Source: Kiritimatiellia bacterium
GTDB lineage: Bacteria; Verrucomicrobiota; Kiritimatiellia; JAAZAB01
DNA: 12,265 nt
Assembly: GCA_040767085.1 (NCBI GenBank)
Contig: JAXGPF010000025.1
Location: 1-12,265, forward strand
Reading direction: 5' to 3'
Shown here: positions 9,517-12,265 of the stretch, piece after piece
Layout of the letters: each line of letters begins with the position of its first letter
Numbering within the stretch: the first letter of the stretch is position 1
The notes under the pieces: generated by a model
What the model saw: only the letters and a program-made list of their open reading frames with translations
Told to the model about the DNA's origin: nothing
The model's database searches: none
Translations under genes and position numbers: made by a program

Positions 9517-10200
9517 TCATTTATGCTGGATTTCTTCCCAAAGGTCCTTATTGAACGGTGCGTGCCGTGAGGGACAGTTCTCTCTGTGGCAGACCTCACA
9601 ACTGCGAAAATCTGTTTCCGTCGGGAACATAAGGCCGGATGTCGTCTTGTTGGGCACCATCAGGAATGACTCAGTCAGATGGACGCCGAGGGCGTCCTCG
9701 ACGTTGTCGAGGAGTGAGAACAGGTTTTTTTGCTGCTCAATCGGCCAGACGGACGCATCGCCGGAACCCGGACGCATGGTCGCTGTCTTGCCGAGACGGA
9801 ACCGGCTGTTCAAGTGGCCGGTCAGGTGTTGGTTGGCGGCGCCTAGTAGACGAGTCTTGATCAAGTCCCACCAGAACTCCTTCAGCATATCCCCTTTGGC
9901 GGGGAATGCCTGATCAATTTCGCGACCACAGGTGGCAACGAGAGGAAAGACCCTCTCAGCGGACATCAGATTGCGAACAAGCGTTCGGCTCGTGAACCAA
10001 GTATCGTCAATCTGTATTGTGTCTCCATCTCGTTCCCCGATAAAGCACACAGCGTAGGCTGCCTTCGGCCTGCCAACCTTCCGAGCCAACTCGACCAACG
10101 CAAGCAGATCATCCGCATAATCCGACCCGGCCTCAACTCGCGACTGGGTCATGATCTGGTTCGCATCTAGCGAGAATGGGATCTCAGTGAGGATTTCCAT
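9517..10200 (-). CDS. Stand-alone vitamin B12-dependent methionine synthase activation-domain-like protein (227 aa)
   Basis: Motifs PKAAY, FTSRTL..NL, VFPLVATCGREID, MRPGSG...WPIEQQKNLFSLL, GVHLTESFLMVPNKTTSGLMF and a C-terminal CxxCxxxxCxxR (CEVCHRENCPSR) match this family. ATG10200 has an AAGGA SD 7 nt upstream. The track's GTG10218 lies inside the attC core site. Confidence 0.85.
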   Translation of the reverse strand: MEILTEIPFSLDANQIMTQSRVEAGSDYADDLLALVELARKVGRPKAAYAVCFIGERDGDTIQIDDTWFTSRTLVRNLMSAERVFPLVATCGREIDQAFPAKGDMLKEFWWDLIKTRLLGAANQHLTGHLNSRFRLGKTATMRPGSGDASVWPIEQQKNLFSLLDNVEDALGVHLTESFLMVPNKTTSGLMFPTETDFRSCEVCHRENCPSRHAPFNKDLWEEIQHK

Positions 10201-10214
10201 TAATATATCCTTGG

Positions 10215-10272
10215 GCACAACCGCGCAAATCCCGGGCGGCGATACGCCGTACCGAGTATTTGCTGGTTCGAC
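10215..10272 (-). mobile_element. attC site (58 bp) of the 173-aa cassette
   Basis: Minus strand: GTCGAAC-CA-GCAAAT-A-CTCGG-TA-CGGCG-TAT-CGCCG-C-CCGGG-ATTTGC-GCG-GTTGTGC. It has two bulged bases in the left arm. R'' GTCGAAC is the exact reverse complement of the upstream core GTTCGAC (10819-10825). Confidence 0.9.
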
Positions 10273-10278
10273 GATCAG

Positions 10279-10800
10279 TTATACTGGAAACAGATTCAGT
10301 CTCTTCAATTCATTCCGTGGTGTGAATTCCACCTCGACAGTATACCCATCAATCTCGTAGGTTAGGATATGCTCATTTTCGTCTGAGTCGATGTTCCCAG
10401 GGCGACCGATGGTTTTTACAATCTGCTCTGCTGTCACTGCAGGGGAGAGATTCACTTGAGCGCCATGCAACAGCGTGGCACGAGCTGGAGTCATACCAGA
10501 ACCCGAGGATATGTCGTCCTTAGGACTGATGATAACTCCTGCATAGACCAACCGGTCGTCTTCGTATTCCAAGGATAGGCCGTGATTCGCAAAATCCAGC
10601 CTCACGCCCGAGCCAGAACCAACGGCGGTAATATCGCTCGGCCGTCCGAGTATTCGAGCTTCGTCCATATGGCTTCGAAACTTCAGTCCATTCACAATAG
10701 GTGGATTGAGGGTGATCTCCAGAGTGCAACCCATGCGCTCTGGCCAATCCTTGACCTTCTTCTTGTATGACCTTTCTTTTAACATTGTGCCGATGCTCAT
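10279..10800 (-). CDS. Cassette-borne hypothetical protein (173 aa) with two [LI]GRP-centred alpha/beta repeats
   Basis: The ORF fills the 604-bp cassette 10221-10824 and stops 6 nt before R''. Repeats: LGRPSDITAV...LDFANHGLSLEYEDDRLV and IGRPGNIDSD...LTYEIDGYTVEVEFTPRNELK. Confidence 0.8.
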   Translation of the reverse strand: MSIGTMLKERSYKKKVKDWPERMGCTLEITLNPPIVNGLKFRSHMDEARILGRPSDITAVGSGSGVRLDFANHGLSLEYEDDRLVYAGVIISPKDDISSGSGMTPARATLLHGAQVNLSPAVTAEQIVKTIGRPGNIDSDENEHILTYEIDGYTVEVEFTPRNELKRLNLFPV

Positions 10801-10818
10801 TGTTATCTATCTGCTCTC

Positions 10819-10880
10819 GTCGAACGTCACAAGTCATGATTTCGAGCGGAGTTAGAATATCATGCAGGCGGTTGTCGAGT
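10819..10880 (-). mobile_element. Degenerate attC site (62 bp)
   Basis: Minus strand: ACTCGAC-AAC-CGCCT-G-CATGAT-A-TTC-(loop)-GAA-ATCATG-ACTTG-TGAC-GTTCGAC. The inner stem and two bulges are intact. The outer L stem is mismatched and R'' has GAC instead of AAC. Confidence 0.75.
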
Positions 10881-10883
10881 GTC

Positions 10884-11024
10884 TCATGAGTACAGTTGTG
10901 TGCGAACACCGTCAATCAAGTCGTCGTACGTAACGATGTGAATATTGCGATACCCGCGTATCTTCACTTTGGTGATCACAACGCCTCATTGGACTCAATT
11001 GTCCTAAGATCTCTTCTACGCCAA
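10884..11024 (-). pseudogene. 3' remnant of a cassette gene resembling the C-terminus of Shedu (SduA/DUF4263) nucleases
   Basis: Frame 10985-10884 gives GVVITKVKIRGYRNIHIVTYDDLIDGVRTQLYS*, stopping 3 nt before R''. A second frame from 11020 gives RRRDLRTIE, directly after GTTGG (VG). GR...[IV]xIxTYD[DE]L is the C-terminal pattern I recall for DUF4263. Confidence 0.5.
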
Positions 11025-11101
11025 CGTCATCCTTGAGGCGCTACGGGAACCGTGCCGACTTCGGCGCGGTTTTCGGAGTCGCCTCCGAGGCTTTGCTCTG
11101 C
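11019..11101 (-). mobile_element. attC site (83 bp) overlapped by the 3' end of the 261-aa ORF
   Basis: Minus strand: GCAGAGC-AAAG-CCTCGGAGGCG-A-CTCCGAAAACCGCGCCGA-AG-TCGGCACGGTTCCCGTAG-CGCCTCAAGG-ATGAC-GTTGGCG. Several mismatches become G-T pairs on the bottom strand. R'' GCAGAGC matches the reverse complement of the upstream core GTTTTGC (GCAAAAC) at 5/7 positions. Confidence 0.85.
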
Positions 11102-11812
11102 TACTTTTGCATCCAACGCCTTCTTCGCTTCCTCGATCTGCTTCTCTTCCTCTTGCCGGTATTCGTCGATGTCTTGCGTTAGAACGTGGGGCTTCGAGAA
11201 GCCAGTTGCAAGATGGTTCAAGACGCGATGGATATCTTCAAGGCTCTTCGCCACATCATGGACGCCCTTGCGTCCGGAATAGAGAAGATCGCGGTAGATA
11301 TGTAGGTCAATGTCAACGGGCATGGAATGCTCATTCGACGAATGGTCGTTGTAGGTTATTTTCCCTCTAAACTGGAGGGCGCCGTGTACTTCCTCTATTC
11401 TGGCAAGGGTGCCCAAGGCAGAAGTAAGCTCTGCTCCGGGGGCCAGACTTGCAATTCCCTTCGTGATGAAGTGGATGCCTTTTTCGGTTTTCTCGCGAGG
11501 AATTGCCTTGTCGCCTCCCAGGCTGATTCTGGGCTCGGGCGCAATATTGAACCGGATGTTATAGGCGGTTGTCAGGCCAGTGTTACGCACACGCAGACGG
11601 AAAAAGGGAATGTCCGGGACAAAGTCAACCACGACCACCGGCTTGGATCGGTCCAACTCGAGCCGGACGGCCATATCCGTTCCACGGGCAGCGAGGGCGT
11701 TTGCCTTGTGCGTAAGCCAGACAACGACGCCGGTCGCGATGACATACGCGGTGGTCAAGACGGTCATCAGAAAGCCAACGTTGTCGTTACAGAATTGGAT
11801 GAACTCTTTCAT
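11027..11812 (-). CDS. Cassette-borne hypothetical membrane-anchored protein (261 aa)
   Basis: Strong SD GAGGAG just before the ATG. N-terminal hydrophobic helix (VGFLMTVLTTAYVIATGVVVWL), helical linker, beta-rich domain (KPVVVVDF...LRVRNTGLTTAYNIRF), and a charged helical tail. Confidence 0.85.
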   Translation of the reverse strand: MKEFIQFCNDNVGFLMTVLTTAYVIATGVVVWLTHKANALAARGTDMAVRLELDRSKPVVVVDFVPDIPFFRLRVRNTGLTTAYNIRFNIAPEPRISLGGDKAIPREKTEKGIHFITKGIASLAPGAELTSALGTLARIEEVHGALQFRGKITYNDHSSNEHSMPVDIDLHIYRDLLYSGRKGVHDVAKSLEDIHRVLNHLATGFSKPHVLTQDIDEYRQEEEKQIEEAKKALDAKVAEQSLGGDSENRAEVGTVPVAPQG

Positions 11813-11822
11813 ATCTCCTCAA

Positions 11823-11890
11823 GCAAAACGTCAGCGCTCAAGTTCGCGAGCTTGCGAGCGTACCTCGTACCTTGCGGCGCTTGGTTCGGC
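11823..11890 (-). mobile_element. attC site (68 bp) of the GIY-YIG cassette
   Basis: Minus strand: GCCGAAC-CAA-GCGC-CG-CAAG...CTTG-A-GCGC-TGAC-GTTTTGC. It contains a 7-bp tandem duplication (11859-11872). Confidence 0.85.
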
Positions 11891-11945
11891 TCCATCTTGA
11901 GTTAATTCATAGCCTGATACCTGACCACTCTATATTTCCAAACTC

Positions 11946-12265
11946 CTACAAAAGATTCTCGACTACGCCCTTCACGAACTCTAGTTTATCCGGACGCAGA
12001 CTGAACCATTCGCCGTCTTCTCGCACCCGATAGGCCTTTAGTAAGGCATGCAGCGCCTTCTCCTGATTCATTGACCCGCGGGCAGTTGCAATTATTGAAA
12101 GGTGTCTCGCATTGCCCGTGTTAAGTTGGGATAGCCGTTGCGCCGGGTACTTGCTATATCCAATCTTTGTGTACGTACCGTCGTGGACTAGGTAGATATA
12201 CCCATCGGAGACATCCTGAACTGCAACGGTGCGCACAATATCGGTAACGGCTGAAGACATTTGCT
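11946..12265 (-). CDS. GIY-YIG nuclease family protein, T5orf172/MUG113-like domain (possibly 5'-truncated by the window edge)
   Basis: GYIYLV...TKIGYSKYPAQRLSQLNTGN...EKALHALL..YRV...GEWF is the characteristic T5orf172 pattern. The frame stays open upstream of ATG12260 up to the edge. Confidence 0.88.
   Translation of the reverse strand, partial: QMSSAVTDIVRTVAVQDVSDGYIYLVHDGTYTKIGYSKYPAQRLSQLNTGNARHLSIIATARGSMNQEKALHALLKAYRVREDGEWFSLRPDKLEFVKGVVENLL

Larger units (their letters stand above)
9517..12265 (-). mobile_element. Integron-type gene cassette array (distal end; integrase/attI not in window, could be a CALIN)
   Basis: Co-oriented, unrelated, visibly less GC-rich ORFs, each separated by a 58-83 bp imperfect hairpin bounded by an ...AAC-like inverse core and a GTT core. 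Three of the ORFs start 10-18 nt after the core site. Confidence 0.88.

Noticed and set aside
10520-10915. 131-aa minus-strand ORF
   Set aside because: It crosses an attC and overlaps the 173-aa ORF, which fits the cassette boundaries exactly.
10215-11890. Intergenic hairpins as rho-independent terminators or CRISPR repeats
   Set aside because: They lack U-tracts, are not identical to each other and are separated by gene-sized spacers. The core-site geometry fits attC.
11327-11905. 192-aa and 106-aa + strand ORFs
   Set aside because: They are antisense to the SD-bearing 261-aa cassette gene and run across an attC.

Overview
The window has two convergent parts. (1) On the + strand, about 502..9318, is one intact ~2,940-aa cyclic beta-1,2-glucan synthase (Cgs/NdvB/ChvB: GT84 synthase, TM block, GH189/GH144-like cyclization domain, GH94 phosphorylase). 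It is preceded by a near-consensus sigma70 promoter. (2) On the - strand, 9517..>12265, is the distal end of an integron-type gene-cassette array that the ORF track does not show. Four attC-like hairpins (11823-11890, 11019-11101, 10819-10880, 10215-10272) delimit five units: a T5orf172/GIY-YIG nuclease, a membrane-anchored hypothetical protein, a 200-bp unit that looks like the 3' stump of a Shedu/DUF4263-like gene, a two-repeat hypothetical protein, and a final cassette-like gene for a stand-alone B12 methionine-synthase activation-domain protein. That last gene has no attC and ends at a GGGGACCGACCCC palindrome. A near-identical motif (125-137) lies upstream of a gene start at the left edge (MPRKNR..., resembling RAYT/Y1 transposase N-termini), so the cgs block is bracketed by two copies. 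No integrase is in the window. All family calls come from recognising motifs by eye; no searches were run.
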